64,000 bases of DNA from positions 17,352 through 81,351 of IMG/VR virus record IMGVR_UViG_3300037193_001894; one strand, written 5' to 3'. Below, piece by piece: positions 8,854-17,857 of the stretch. This DNA is from a virus. The notes under the pieces are model-generated. The model ran no database searches. It saw only the letters and a program-made list of their open reading frames with translations, and was not told where the DNA came from. The translations under genes and the position numbers were made by a program. Numbering within the stretch: the stretch's first letter is position 1; the number at the start of each line of letters is the position of its first letter.

Positions 8854-9737
8854 ACCGGCGTCCCCTCCTTCCACAAACCCCCCACATAGAGCCTCTGCCG
8901 AACCGACTCCAGTCGGTAGCGAGTCAGGAACGACAACAGGCCCTCGTACATCGCGCTGGATGGGTCGGTCGGCTCGAACATGGGGAGTTCCGGTAGCGCG
9001 AGACCTTCCGGGGGAGTCCTTAGATCGACCAGCCGCAACGCGACTTGCACCTGCCCCCAGTGTTCTCTAACGGCAGGGTGCTCTACAGCATCCAGGCTCC
9101 ACCCGGACTTCGCAAGATTTTTCAATGCTGTCTTCATCCCGAACCGGGGGACGCCCGGCACACCGTCGGAGATGTCACCGGCCAGGGCCATCGCCAGGGC
9201 CAGATGCTCGGGCTCGCAGCCGTGCTCCTCGCGCACCCGCTGCACGGTCCACCGGTCGGTGTCGGCCCCGCCCGAGGACAGCCGGACCTGCTCCACCTCG
9301 TCGCACAGCAACTGGAGGAAGTCCTTGTCGCTGGAGAGGATCACCGCCCTCTCGCCAGCGGGGCGGTGGTGGACGTACCAGGAGATCAGGTCGTCGGCCT
9401 CGAAGCCCGGCCGGTCGATCTGGTGGATCCCCGACAGCGCCAGGAACTCCCGGGCCAGCGCGAAGGTGCCGCGCTTGCGCTCGTCGAACTCGGGGTCGGG
9501 GGCCTGGAGCCGGTTGGCCTTGTACTCGGGGTAGAGGGCCACCCGGAACGCCGAGCGGCCTCCGTCCCAGCAGACCACCAGCCGGTCCGGGTCCTCCTCG
9601 CGCACGTGCCGCGAGAGGGTGTTGATGAACACCATCAGCGGCCCGGTGTTCACGCCGTCGGCGGACAGAGAGGTGCGGGCCATAGCGTGTACGGCCCGCA
9701 TGGCGAGGTTGTTCCCATCCACGACGAGAGTAGTCAC
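8850..9737 (-). CDS. 5'-3' exonuclease / flap endonuclease (PolA N-terminal-like)
   Basis: LVVDGNN, WDG, YPEYKANR, EADD, SSDKDFLQL, LAGDISDGVPGV. Confidence 0.95.
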   Translation of the reverse strand: MTTLVVDGNNLAMRAVHAMARTSLSADGVNTGPLMVFINTLSRHVREEDPDRLVVCWDGGRSAFRVALYPEYKANRLQAPDPEFDERKRGTFALAREFLALSGIHQIDRPGFEADDLISWYVHHRPAGERAVILSSDKDFLQLLCDEVEQVRLSSGGADTDRWTVQRVREEHGCEPEHLALAMALAGDISDGVPGVPRFGMKTALKNLAKSGWSLDAVEHPAVREHWGQVQVALRLVDLRTPPEGLALPELPMFEPTDPSSAMYEGLLSFLTRYRLESVRQRLYVGGLWKEGTPV

Positions 9738-9741
9738 GTCA

Positions 9742-10275
9742 TCACTCGCCCATCCCGTCCAGGCGCTGGGCGGTGACCCAGCCCATGATCCGGTCCACTG
9801 CGACCTCGGCCATGTCGGTGTGGTCGGCGGTCTCGAACCAGTGCGGGTGCTCGTCCTCGGCCTTCTCCAGCGCCTTGCTGACCTCAGCGACCAAGGTGTC
9901 CCGGTCGGCGTCGTGCATCCGCAGGATCGAGCGGGCGTAGACCAGGCCGTCCAACTGCTCCTCGTACCAGTCCCGGACGGTGTTGCGCCCGTTGAAGGGC
10001 CGGTGGCCCTGGCGGTAGCGCTGGATGCCGACCTGGCGGCGCTCCTCGATGTCGCGGATCAGCAGGGTCTGGTCGTCCTCCAGGGACTCGTCTCCGTCCG
10101 GCAGCACCTGGTCGCCGGGACGGGTCCGCAACGCCTCACCCTCCTCCGAGTCAGTCCAGAGCCAGTCTCCACCGCTCTGCCGATAGACCCGGCCGCACTC
10201 GCGGCAGGTCAACTCGGGAGAGTCGGGGTTCAAGGGGAAGACCCCGGGGTGGGTGCAGGCTTCGGGGCGCTTCAT
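9742..10275 (-). CDS. Hypothetical protein, possible all-alpha NTP pyrophosphatase (MazG-like) domain
   Basis: N-terminal C/H..CxxC; GIQRY...DWYEEQLDGLVY has an EExxD helix. Confidence 0.5.
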   Translation of the reverse strand: MKRPEACTHPGVFPLNPDSPELTCRECGRVYRQSGGDWLWTDSEEGEALRTRPGDQVLPDGDESLEDDQTLLIRDIEERRQVGIQRYRQGHRPFNGRNTVRDWYEEQLDGLVYARSILRMHDADRDTLVAEVSKALEKAEDEHPHWFETADHTDMAEVAVDRIMGWVTAQRLDGMGE

Positions 10276-10464
10276 CGGAACGTCACCTCGCCCTTCTGGG
10301 CCTCGACCTCGGTGCGCAGCGAGCGCCAGCCCAGCAGGTTGCCGATCCTGGGGAGGTGGCCGAGCGAGATGCTGCCCTTGCTGACCGGCACCGGCTCATG
10401 CCTCGACCAACTCGGCCAGGTGGAGCCTGCGGAGGGTCTCGCGGCCGAGCGGCTGCTCGCTCAC
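10272..10464 (-). pseudogene. Small ORF apparently broken by a frameshift near 10400
   Basis: GTG 10464 gives SEQPLGRETLRRLHLAELVEA*; a GC3-rich frame with no obvious start continues HEPVPVSKGSISLGHLPRIGNLLGWRSLRTEVEAQKGEVTFR* and ends in an ATGA overlap at 10272. Confidence 0.45.
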
Positions 10465-10700
10465 AGGCCCTCCACCTTGATCCGCTGCACCATGCCGTCG
10501 GGCAGCCGTCGGCGAGCGGTTCCGTCGCTGCCCACGTCGGAGGCCGTGACCAACTCGAAGTTGTGGATCGCGTCGGCCCGGTCCGGGTGGCTCTCGGTGT
10601 CCTTCGCCAGCGGCTCGCCGTTGTCGCCGTAGAACGTCCAGTACCACTGCCGGGGCGAGTTCGGGTCGCCCTCGTTGCTGTCTCGGAATCTGACTCTCAT
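10461..10700 (-). CDS. DUF1508/YegP-like small protein
   Basis: WYWTFYGDNGEPLAKDTESHPDRADAIHN motif; ATG 10700 with GAGGAGG RBS. Confidence 0.6.
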   Translation of the reverse strand: MRVRFRDSNEGDPNSPRQWYWTFYGDNGEPLAKDTESHPDRADAIHNFELVTASDVGSDGTARRRLPDGMVQRIKVEGL

Positions 10701-11009
10701 GACCCCTCCTCGGGATCCGGGGCGTCGGCGGTGACCTCGATCAGTTCCGCGTCCCCGGCGTTGATGTGGATGACCGCCTCCGGCTGGAGCGGCAGCAGAG
10801 CGTTGGCGTCGATCCGCAGGGTGAGCCTGGTGACCAGGGCTCCGGCCTTGGTCTTGCCGGTGGGCTTCTTCTGGGTGAGGTTGGTGACCTTGCCCCCCCC
10901 TCAGGATGGGCCGGTCCTTGCTGTCGATGTCGTAGCGGTACGAGGACCAGACCGGCTCGATCGTGGCGTAGAACACCGCATCGACGTACTCGGGCTGCTT
11001 GCTGGTCAT
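10697..11009 (-). CDS. Hypothetical protein with frameshift at a G8 tract (10893-10900)
   Basis: With one fewer G it reads ...PILRGGKVTNLTQKKP...TRLTLRIDANALLPLQPEAVIHI...EEGS*, with normal GC3 and ATGA coupling. Confidence 0.65.
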
Positions 11010-11338
11010 CAGTCCTCCTCGCGAGGCTGGGCGTAGTGGTACCCGGTGAACAGGCCGTCGGCCCAGACCATGGCTGTCTTCATCACCAGGTCGAGGTTGG
11101 CCTGCAACTGCTGCGGGTCCTTGATCTGGAGGTAGGACATCGCCCGGCTGAGGCCGACGTAGGCCGAGGACTTCGGATCAACCACGGACCCGATCAGCGA
11201 CTGCCAGTCCCAGTCCTCCTCGGAGGCGGGCTCGTCGATCTTGGTCGAGACGATCGCCATCAGCCGCTCGAAGTCCTCGTGGTCGGGGATGTCGAACGGC
11301 GGGTCGGGATGGGGCTCGGGACGGATCTGCTCCGTCAT
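11009..11338 (-). CDS. Hypothetical protein
   Basis: TGATG coupling on both sides, GC3 bias. Confidence 0.75.
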   Translation of the reverse strand: MTEQIRPEPHPDPPFDIPDHEDFERLMAIVSTKIDEPASEEDWDWQSLIGSVVDPKSSAYVGLSRAMSYLQIKDPQQLQANLDLVMKTAMVWADGLFTGYHYAQPREED

Positions 11339-12009
11339 CAGATCACCCCGTAGAGCCGGGCGTTGACCTTGGCCATCAGGATGGTGTGGGCGAGCCGGGT
11401 GCCGTCGATGATGCCCTGCTGGGCCAGCGCGTGGGCCATCCGCTCGATGTCGGCCAGCGTGTAGTACCGGGCGGTGTGGGCGTCGGGGTCGATCACCTTC
11501 CCGACCCCATCGCAGGCCGAGCACTGCCGGGTCTTGAGTTGTCCCGTCCCCTTGCACTTCGAGCACTTGACCCCGGACGGCAGGCGCTTGAACTCCAGGG
11601 GCTTGCCGTCGAGGAGGAAGTACCCGTGCGGGTACTGCTGGGGGATGGTCGTGCGGCCCCGGCCCTTGCAGTTCGAGCAGGTGCCGGGCCGCTTCTTCTC
11701 CTCGATCTGGACCTTGCCGGTGCCCTTGCAGTGCGGGCAGCGAACGTCGCGCTCCTTGTCCGGCCGGGACCTCCAGCGGAGCCAGTCGGCCCCCTTGCCG
11801 AAGAAGCACTTGGCGACCTCCTGCACCGAGAAGTGCGGGATCTCCAGGCCGGTCTTGGGGTCCTTGTCGAACATCGAGTCGTCGAGCCAGAACCGTCGGC
11901 CGCTGGGGTGGATCAGGTCCATGCTCGACAAGATCAACGGCTCGGACCCGTACCCCACCACCTCGATCGTCGGCTTCTGCTGGGTCTCGGTCTCTGGGCT
12001 CATCATCAT
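11338..12009 (-). CDS. MerR-like HTH protein with four CxxCxGxG (DnaJ-type) zinc repeats
   Basis: FSVQEVAKCFFGKGADWLRW and RYYTLADIERM flank CPHCKGTG, CSNCKGRG, CSKCKGTG, CSACDGVG. Confidence 0.7.
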   Translation of the reverse strand: MMMSPETETQQKPTIEVVGYGSEPLILSSMDLIHPSGRRFWLDDSMFDKDPKTGLEIPHFSVQEVAKCFFGKGADWLRWRSRPDKERDVRCPHCKGTGKVQIEEKKRPGTCSNCKGRGRTTIPQQYPHGYFLLDGKPLEFKRLPSGVKCSKCKGTGQLKTRQCSACDGVGKVIDPDAHTARYYTLADIERMAHALAQQGIIDGTRLAHTILMAKVNARLYGVI

Positions 12010-12082
12010 CCTTCTCGGGTGCTGGGGAAGCCGGTCACCCCGGGGCGGTCTCGGGAGTGCACCCGCCCCGGGGGAGTACCGG

Positions 12083-12850
12083 CTACTTCTTGGAGTTGCG
12101 CGTGTAGAGGCCGACCGAGGGCTTGCCGACCCTGGTCATGCGCTTGATCGCCCGGAGGATGCCGTCGCGGACCTCGGGCTTGTTGGCAGCGTTGGACAGC
12201 GCCTTGGCCTCGTCGAACACCCGGACCTCACGGGTCATCGCGAGGTACTCCTCGCGGGTGATCGCGCCCTCGTCCAGCAGGTCGAGGAGGGCCTCGGGGG
12301 AGGCGTCCACGGAGATGGTGCCGTTGCGGTACTCGCGGCTCCACTCCTTGTTGGTGCCCGGGACCGGGCAGCGCTCGGGGTTGCCCTTCGAGCAGAGGAT
12401 GTAGTGCCCCTCCGAGGTCCGGTCGGTGGCCTCCACGACGACGTGGCCACCACGGACGACGGCCTTGGGGACCGCCACGCCACGCTCCTCGGCGTCCACG
12501 TCCATGTGGGTGCGGATGATGGTCTTGAGCGACTCGTCGCGCTGGCTGATCATGTCGGCGATCACCCCGAGCACCTGGCGCTCCTCGAAGACGGCGGTCT
12601 TCTCCTCGTCGGTCAGCGTGCGCCGGGTGTCGGGCTGGACGGAGGCGAACACGTCCTTGAGCCGGACCAGGGCGTCCTTGACCTCCTCGGTCAACTCGAC
12701 CGGCTTGGGCACCGAGGGGAACGGCACCTCGGTGGTGCGCGCCACGTCGGCGTGGTACGGCTCGACCAGCGCGGTGGTCAGGTCCTTGAGGCTGCCGTGC
12801 TCCTTGAGCACGATCCTGCCCCGCTCGATGTACGGCTCGATCTCGGTCAT
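12083..12850 (-). CDS. Hypothetical protein
   Basis: AAGGAG RBS, strong GC3, first gene after a promoter. Confidence 0.8.
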   Translation of the reverse strand: MTEIEPYIERGRIVLKEHGSLKDLTTALVEPYHADVARTTEVPFPSVPKPVELTEEVKDALVRLKDVFASVQPDTRRTLTDEEKTAVFEERQVLGVIADMISQRDESLKTIIRTHMDVDAEERGVAVPKAVVRGGHVVVEATDRTSEGHYILCSKGNPERCPVPGTNKEWSREYRNGTISVDASPEALLDLLDEGAITREEYLAMTREVRVFDEAKALSNAANKPEVRDGILRAIKRMTRVGKPSVGLYTRNSKK

Positions 12851-12886
12851 GGTGGCGCTCCTTGCCTGGTTCTCTCTGACTCCGCC

Positions 12887-12926
12887 AGACTACCAAGCAT
12901 TCCCGGGGTTACACAAGAATCCTTGG
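12887..12926 (-). promoter_or_regulatory. Sigma70-like promoter bracketed by an inverted pair of CCAAG[GC]ATTC boxes
   Basis: TTGTGT-18-TAGTCT; CCAAGCATTC (12893-12902) and GAATCCTTGG (12917-12926). Confidence 0.55.
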
Positions 12927-12929
12927 GGA

Positions 12930-12972
12930 CAAAGAGAGGAGCCCCGGCTGCCGTCCTAACCGGGGCTCCTCT
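12930..12972 (-). terminator. Rho-independent terminator after lysis cassette
   Basis: AGAGGAGCCCCGG/CCGGGGCTCCTCT stem then CTTTGT on the minus strand. Confidence 0.8.
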
Positions 12973-12992
12973 GGTTCTGGCGAACCGGACGC

Positions 12993-13535
12993 TCAGCGCC
13001 TGATCCTGCGCAGGCGGTAGGCGAGCCCCACAGACACGCCCCCTGCCACCGTCAACGGTCCCCAGACGCTCGGCCCGGAGAACACCAGGACCGTAGCGAG
13101 CGTGACCACCAGCATGACCTCACCGAGCCCCATGATGCCGCCCTCGCCGCGCACCGGGCCACCCCCGGCCCCTCCGGGTGCCGTCACCGGGTCGTAGCGA
13201 GGTGTGGTGCGGATCGAGCCGACCAGGGTGGTGAGCGTGCCGAGGAAGGTCACGACGACGGTCACCTGGTCGGGGGTCCAGTGCAGTACTCCGAGGCTGA
13301 CGCAGAAGACCACCCCGGACCGGCCCAGGTCGGTGAGGACCATCACCGGGAAGGGCTTTGTCAGGAAGCCCTTGGCCACCGCGAGGATCGCGATGAACAG
13401 GGCTACCAGGTTGGTCTGCTGGTCGCCGGAGAGGCTGAACAGCCCGAGAGCGATCGCCACGACGACGAAACTCTCGAACGCATCCAGGAGCAGCGCGGGC
13501 TCCCGGACCAGTGCCTTGAAACGGTCCACCGTCAC
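12993..13535 (-). CDS. Holin-like multi-pass membrane protein
   Basis: GTG 13535 with AGGAGG RBS overlapping the endolysin stop; REPALL start, several hydrophobic segments, basic C-terminus. Confidence 0.8.
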   Translation of the reverse strand: MTVDRFKALVREPALLLDAFESFVVVAIALGLFSLSGDQQTNLVALFIAILAVAKGFLTKPFPVMVLTDLGRSGVVFCVSLGVLHWTPDQVTVVVTFLGTLTTLVGSIRTTPRYDPVTAPGGAGGGPVRGEGGIMGLGEVMLVVTLATVLVFSGPSVWGPLTVAGGVSVGLAYRLRRIRR

Positions 13536-14488
13536 TGTCCTCCTGATTCGATCTGGTCGTCGTTCACCACGACGGTGAACGACACGTCCATGGCCTCCAG
13601 CAGGCCCTTGATCTCCTGCGGGGTGGCCCCCTGGTCGATCTTGTCGATGGCGTCGCGGAGTAGGCCCTTGATGGCCCGGTCGCGGCGGTAGGAGCCCTCC
13701 ATGAAGGCGTCCAGCCGCCGCAGCACCTGCGCGACCGAGACCGACTTGTCGGGGTGGGGGTAGATGTCGTCGCTGAGTTGCATCTCGTCCTCCTGCGGGG
13801 GCTGTTCGTCCTGGATGCCGAAGCGGCGGACCTCGGCCCGCCCGGATGATGTGGTGTAGCCGAGCCGGTCGATCTTGCGGGTGGGAGCCCAGGTCTTGTG
13901 CTCCATGTGGTAGCCCGAGAGGTCCGCGCTCCGGGCTGGCCGCTTGCCCTCGCCGTTGATGCGCCAGATCGCGTGGGTCAGCCCGGCGTTGGCCCGGCCC
14001 ATGAACTCGCGGAAGGTCATGCTCTTGCCGGTGCGCCGGTTGGTGTACGTGCGGTCCCAGACCGCCTCGGACAGCCCGCCCTCGTACTCGGTGCCCCAGG
14101 CGTAGGGCCGGGCGTTGTCCTTGGGGATCGTGTAGGAGCCCATCGGCCCCCGGACCGTCAGCGGGCCTCCGTAGCCGGGGTGGTTGGCCAGCCCCAGGCA
14201 CTTGATCCGGTAGACGAGATCGACGCCTGCGGTGCCGTTGCACAGGGGACCGCCCAGGGCCGAGGTGCCGACCGTGACCAGGTGCAGGCCGGGCGTCGGG
14301 TTGCTCGGCGTCGGGTTGGAGACGATGTGGTGCGAGGTGACCGCGAAGGGGCGCAGCGCGTTCCACCGGTCGCCGGAGACGGGACGGCCCTCGACCACCT
14401 CGATGGAGACCTCCGGCACGCCGAAGTCGAGCAGCACGTCCTTGACGATCCTGGCCCGCTCGATCGCCCGATCGCGTCCGGCGCTCAT
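13532..14488 (-). CDS. Endolysin, N-acetylmuramoyl-L-alanine amidase (Ami_2-like)
   Basis: SHHIVS, ANHPG, GTEYEG, HKTWAPTRKID zinc-amidase motifs; adjacent to holin. Confidence 0.85.
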   Translation of the reverse strand: MSAGRDRAIERARIVKDVLLDFGVPEVSIEVVEGRPVSGDRWNALRPFAVTSHHIVSNPTPSNPTPGLHLVTVGTSALGGPLCNGTAGVDLVYRIKCLGLANHPGYGGPLTVRGPMGSYTIPKDNARPYAWGTEYEGGLSEAVWDRTYTNRRTGKSMTFREFMGRANAGLTHAIWRINGEGKRPARSADLSGYHMEHKTWAPTRKIDRLGYTTSSGRAEVRRFGIQDEQPPQEDEMQLSDDIYPHPDKSVSVAQVLRRLDAFMEGSYRRDRAIKGLLRDAIDKIDQGATPQEIKGLLEAMDVSFTVVVNDDQIESGGQ

Positions 14489-14643
14489 CGGTCGATCCCG
14501 TTCGACTCGTCGTCGAGGTCGTCGATCGCCTCGTACAGGACCTGGCCGAGCACGGCCTGCTCGGGACCCACCTCGTTCGGGTGGTCCAGGCCCGCCTCGG
14601 GGTCGGTGTCGATCGCGGGCAGGTCTACTGGCTGCTCTGACAT
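14485..14643 (-). CDS. Small acidic protein (52 aa) coupled to endolysin
   Basis: Manual translation MSEQPVDLPAIDTDPEAGLDHPNEVGPEQAVLGQVLYEAIDDLDDESNGIDR*; RBS and ATGA overlap. Confidence 0.7.
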   Translation of the reverse strand: MSEQPVDLPAIDTDPEAGLDHPNEVGPEQAVLGQVLYEAIDDLDDESNGIDR

Positions 14644-14726
14644 ATCCCACCCCTCTGAATGACGAAGCGCCCCTGCACCCCTTCAAGGGGCTCAGGGACG
14701 CTTCGACAGCAGACCGGTTGAAATGG

Positions 14727-16655
14727 TCAGTTTGCGTAGAACTCCTTGACCGTGGAGAAGTCGGTGGCCCGGGGGCTGCCCGGCAGGCCCTTGACGATCT
14801 TGCCGCCCCAGCCGGTGTTGGTGAGCCTGGAGTCGAGGATGGCCACGACGCCCTTGTCCTCGGCGGTGCGGATCAGACGGCCGTAGCCCTGGACAAGGGT
14901 CAGCGTCATCATCGGGATGGTCAGGTCCCGGAAGGACGACCCGCCGAGCCGCTCGACCTGCTCGGAGCGGGCCGCGAAGACCGGCTCGGTCGGCACCGGG
15001 AAGGGCAACTTGTCGATGACGACCAGGCGGCAGGTGTCGCCCTGGAAGTCCACCCCGGTGAAGAACGACTTGAGCGCGAACAGCACCGAGTGGGTGTCCT
15101 CGACGAACCGAGCCGCCAGGTCCTTGTTCGAGCCCTGGCCCTGGACCAGCGGGGTGTAGCCCTGCATCTCCAGCCACGGCGAGAGGGTGTCGTACGCGGC
15201 CTGCATCGAGGCGCGGCTGGTGAACAGCATCAGAGCGCCACCGCCAGCGGCCGAGATCAACTCCTGCATCGCCACGCCGGACCAGGACAGCCAGGCAGCC
15301 CGCTCCTTGGGGGAGGGGATCGCCCGGTCCGGGGTGTAGAGCAGCGCCTGCTTGGTGTAGTCGAACGGGGTGCCGACGTTCATCGACTCGGTGGTCTCGG
15401 GGAGCCCGAGCCGGTCCTTGATGAAGGAGAAGTCCCCGTTGACCGAGAGCGTCGCGGAGATGAGCACGGACGGGGTGGTGTCCCACAGCCACGCGGCAAG
15501 GTAGGAGCCGACGTGCACCGGGGCCGTCTTGATCAGGGTCTGCTTGCCCGCCCGGTTCTCGGTGACCTCGGTCCAGCGGACCAGCAGGTCGTCGTCCATC
15601 GTCATGGCGTCCACGAGCCGGTCGGCGTAGTTGTTGGCCCGCTTGACCAGCCGGGTGCGCTTGGTCTCCTCCTTGACATCGCCACGGCTGATCGTGATCT
15701 CGTCGATCTCCTCGGCGAACGCACGCAGGGCCTCGACCAACTCCATGAACACCTCGGAGTTGTCCACGAAGAACCGCAGCGGGAGCCGCTCCCTGTCGCC
15801 CTTCTCGTCGATGAGCGCCCAGACCTCCTCGGTCTTCATCGCCACCTCGGTGTCGTTCTTGAGGGCGACGCCCTGGACGGCGGCGAAGGTGTTGACCTCG
15901 CCGACCATCGCGGTGATGCCGGTCTTGCGGACCTCGCTGCCCAGCGCGTTGGTGGCGTACTCCTCGGTCTCGTGGGCCTCGTCGATCAGCACCAGGTCGT
16001 ACTCGCCGAGCATCGTGGCGTAGCCGTCGGTCATCTCGCGGACCTTGAGGTCGGCCATCAGCATCGCGGTGTTGGTCACCACGACCTGGGCCTCGCGGCC
16101 CTTCGCCTTGGCCTTCTCGGCGAAGCAGACCTCGCCGAAGGGGCACTTGCGCTTGCCGGGGCACTCGTTGGAGGTCGAGGCGACGTAGGAGAACTCCTCC
16201 TTGGTCACGGGGGTCTCGAAGTGCTCGCGGTCCCCGGTGTGGTTGTCGTCGGCCTCCAACTCGTCCAGCATCGCCTTGAGGTGGGGAACGCGGGCCTGGG
16301 CCTTGGGGTCCACGGCCTTGGCCCGGCAGAAGTAGTTGGACCGGCCCTTGACCAGCGCCCAGGTGAACGGGACGCCGAGGTGCTCCTGGAGGAACGGCAC
16401 GTCCTTGTTGGCGTACTGCTCCATCAGCGCGATCGTGGCGGTGGCGACGATGGTCTTCTTGCCGCCGAGGATGGCGGGGATCATCGTGGCCAGCGACTTG
16501 CCGGTGCCGCAGCCAGCCTCGGCCAGCCCGTGCCCGCCCTCGGCGATGATCTTCTCCACGAAGGCGGCGAGGGCCTGCTGCTGGGGGCGCTCGGTGTAGC
16601 CGGGCAACTTCGCGGCGAGCACCTTCTCTGCGTCTGCGAAGGTCTTGATCGTCAT
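14727..16655 (-). CDS. DinG/YoaA family Fe-S DEAH helicase
   Basis: Q motif ERPQQ, EAGCGTGKS, KGRSNYFC, CPGKRKCPFGEVC, IDEAH, SATL, LFTS, GVDF, QGYGRLIR; ATG 16655 with AGGAG RBS. Confidence 0.95.
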   Translation of the reverse strand: MTIKTFADAEKVLAAKLPGYTERPQQQALAAFVEKIIAEGGHGLAEAGCGTGKSLATMIPAILGGKKTIVATATIALMEQYANKDVPFLQEHLGVPFTWALVKGRSNYFCRAKAVDPKAQARVPHLKAMLDELEADDNHTGDREHFETPVTKEEFSYVASTSNECPGKRKCPFGEVCFAEKAKAKGREAQVVVTNTAMLMADLKVREMTDGYATMLGEYDLVLIDEAHETEEYATNALGSEVRKTGITAMVGEVNTFAAVQGVALKNDTEVAMKTEEVWALIDEKGDRERLPLRFFVDNSEVFMELVEALRAFAEEIDEITISRGDVKEETKRTRLVKRANNYADRLVDAMTMDDDLLVRWTEVTENRAGKQTLIKTAPVHVGSYLAAWLWDTTPSVLISATLSVNGDFSFIKDRLGLPETTESMNVGTPFDYTKQALLYTPDRAIPSPKERAAWLSWSGVAMQELISAAGGGALMLFTSRASMQAAYDTLSPWLEMQGYTPLVQGQGSNKDLAARFVEDTHSVLFALKSFFTGVDFQGDTCRLVVIDKLPFPVPTEPVFAARSEQVERLGGSSFRDLTIPMMTLTLVQGYGRLIRTAEDKGVVAILDSRLTNTGWGGKIVKGLPGSPRATDFSTVKEFYAN

Positions 16656-16873
16656 GGCTGTCTCCTGGTGTCGGGCTCTCTGGCTGGTCTCAGCGTACAC
16701 CAAGGAATCTGGGTGCGCGACACCGGAGATAGAAAAAACTCTGGGGGCTCGGCAGGCCGGGTCGCCGTGCACCCAGGCCCCGTAGTGCACCGAGTCCGGA
16801 TCCGACTCCTTGGTCCACCCGCCGTTGGCGATCCCGACCGGGTGCGAGCAGGACTCCACCGCCACCTCAGCGC

Positions 16874-17095
16874 TCATGCGTTCTCCTCGTACCAGCAGCG
16901 GAGCCGGTCGGCCTCGATGTCGGCCGAGGCCTGCGTCGGATGGGCCTGCTTGATCTTCCCCAGCCCCGGGCGCTGCCCCGGGAAGGAGCCGGTCGCCCGA
17001 TCGTAGACACCGTAGACCACCTTGCGGGGGCCGACCGGGATCGGCTTGACGATGAACCGGACCGCGCCGGTCGGCAGCGTCCTCTCGGGGGTCAC
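16874..17095 (-). CDS. Hypothetical protein
   Basis: GTGA and ATGA overlaps, GC3 bias. Confidence 0.7.
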   Translation of the reverse strand: MTPERTLPTGAVRFIVKPIPVGPRKVVYGVYDRATGSFPGQRPGLGKIKQAHPTQASADIEADRLRCWYEENA

Positions 17096-17856
17096 GAGGC
17101 CTCCAGGGCTCGGGCGGTGGCCAGCGCGTGGGTGCGGGGCTTGGAGCCGGACGGCCCGAACCGTCCCGCCTTGACGTTGGCCCGGATCGCCTCCGCCGCC
17201 TGGTGCCGGGCGGTGTAGCCGACCAGCCTGCGCTGCGCGGCCTCGCGCTGGCTCTCGGCCTGGGCCTTCTCCTGGCGCTTGGCGGCAGCGGCCTGCCGGG
17301 ACCGCTCGGCCTGGGTGACCACCGGATGCCCGGGCTTCGGCACGTCGGCCATGGTGTACCGGACCCGCTTGGCCTTGAACGAGGCCCGCAGGGTGTCGGC
17401 GTGCGTCTTGCCCATCTGGTAGCGGACCAGGGTGAGCAGCACCCCGGCGAACTCCGGCCCGTGGTGGGCGTGGTGGTAGCCGGTCAGGCAGTGCGCGATC
17501 TCGTGGAGGATCACCACCTCGCTGCGGCGGTGGACCTGGCTGACGGTGATCTCGCCGTACGCCCCGTGCGAGCCCCGGCCCGCGACCACGGTGATCTTGC
17601 GTCGCCCCCAGCGGGACTGGAACCAGGCGGCGCTGGTCACGGCGTCCACGTAGGCCTGGGTGGCGGCGACGGTCGGGCACTTCATCTGGACGGACTTGCC
17701 GTCCTCGATGACTCCCCATCCGGCGACGTGCTGGGTGTCCACGAGGTGCTTGGTCGCCGTCCGGCTGACCCGGAGGTCCCTGATCGCGTCCTCGGCGTCG
17801 TAGAGCCGCTGGCGCTGGTTGTCCCGGGCCTGGCCGGGGCGCAGTGCGTTCGGCAT
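17092..17856 (-). CDS. HExxH zinc metallohydrolase (SprT/TIGR04338-like)
   Basis: RDNQRQRLYDAE, VILHEIAHCL, HGPEFAG. Confidence 0.8.
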   Translation of the reverse strand: MPNALRPGQARDNQRQRLYDAEDAIRDLRVSRTATKHLVDTQHVAGWGVIEDGKSVQMKCPTVAATQAYVDAVTSAAWFQSRWGRRKITVVAGRGSHGAYGEITVSQVHRRSEVVILHEIAHCLTGYHHAHHGPEFAGVLLTLVRYQMGKTHADTLRASFKAKRVRYTMADVPKPGHPVVTQAERSRQAAAAKRQEKAQAESQREAAQRRLVGYTARHQAAEAIRANVKAGRFGPSGSKPRTHALATARALEAS

Positions 17857-17857
17857 C

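Noticed and set aside
14727-16655. DinG as CasDinG of a type IV CRISPR system
   Set aside because: No cas genes or repeat-spacer array seen in the window.
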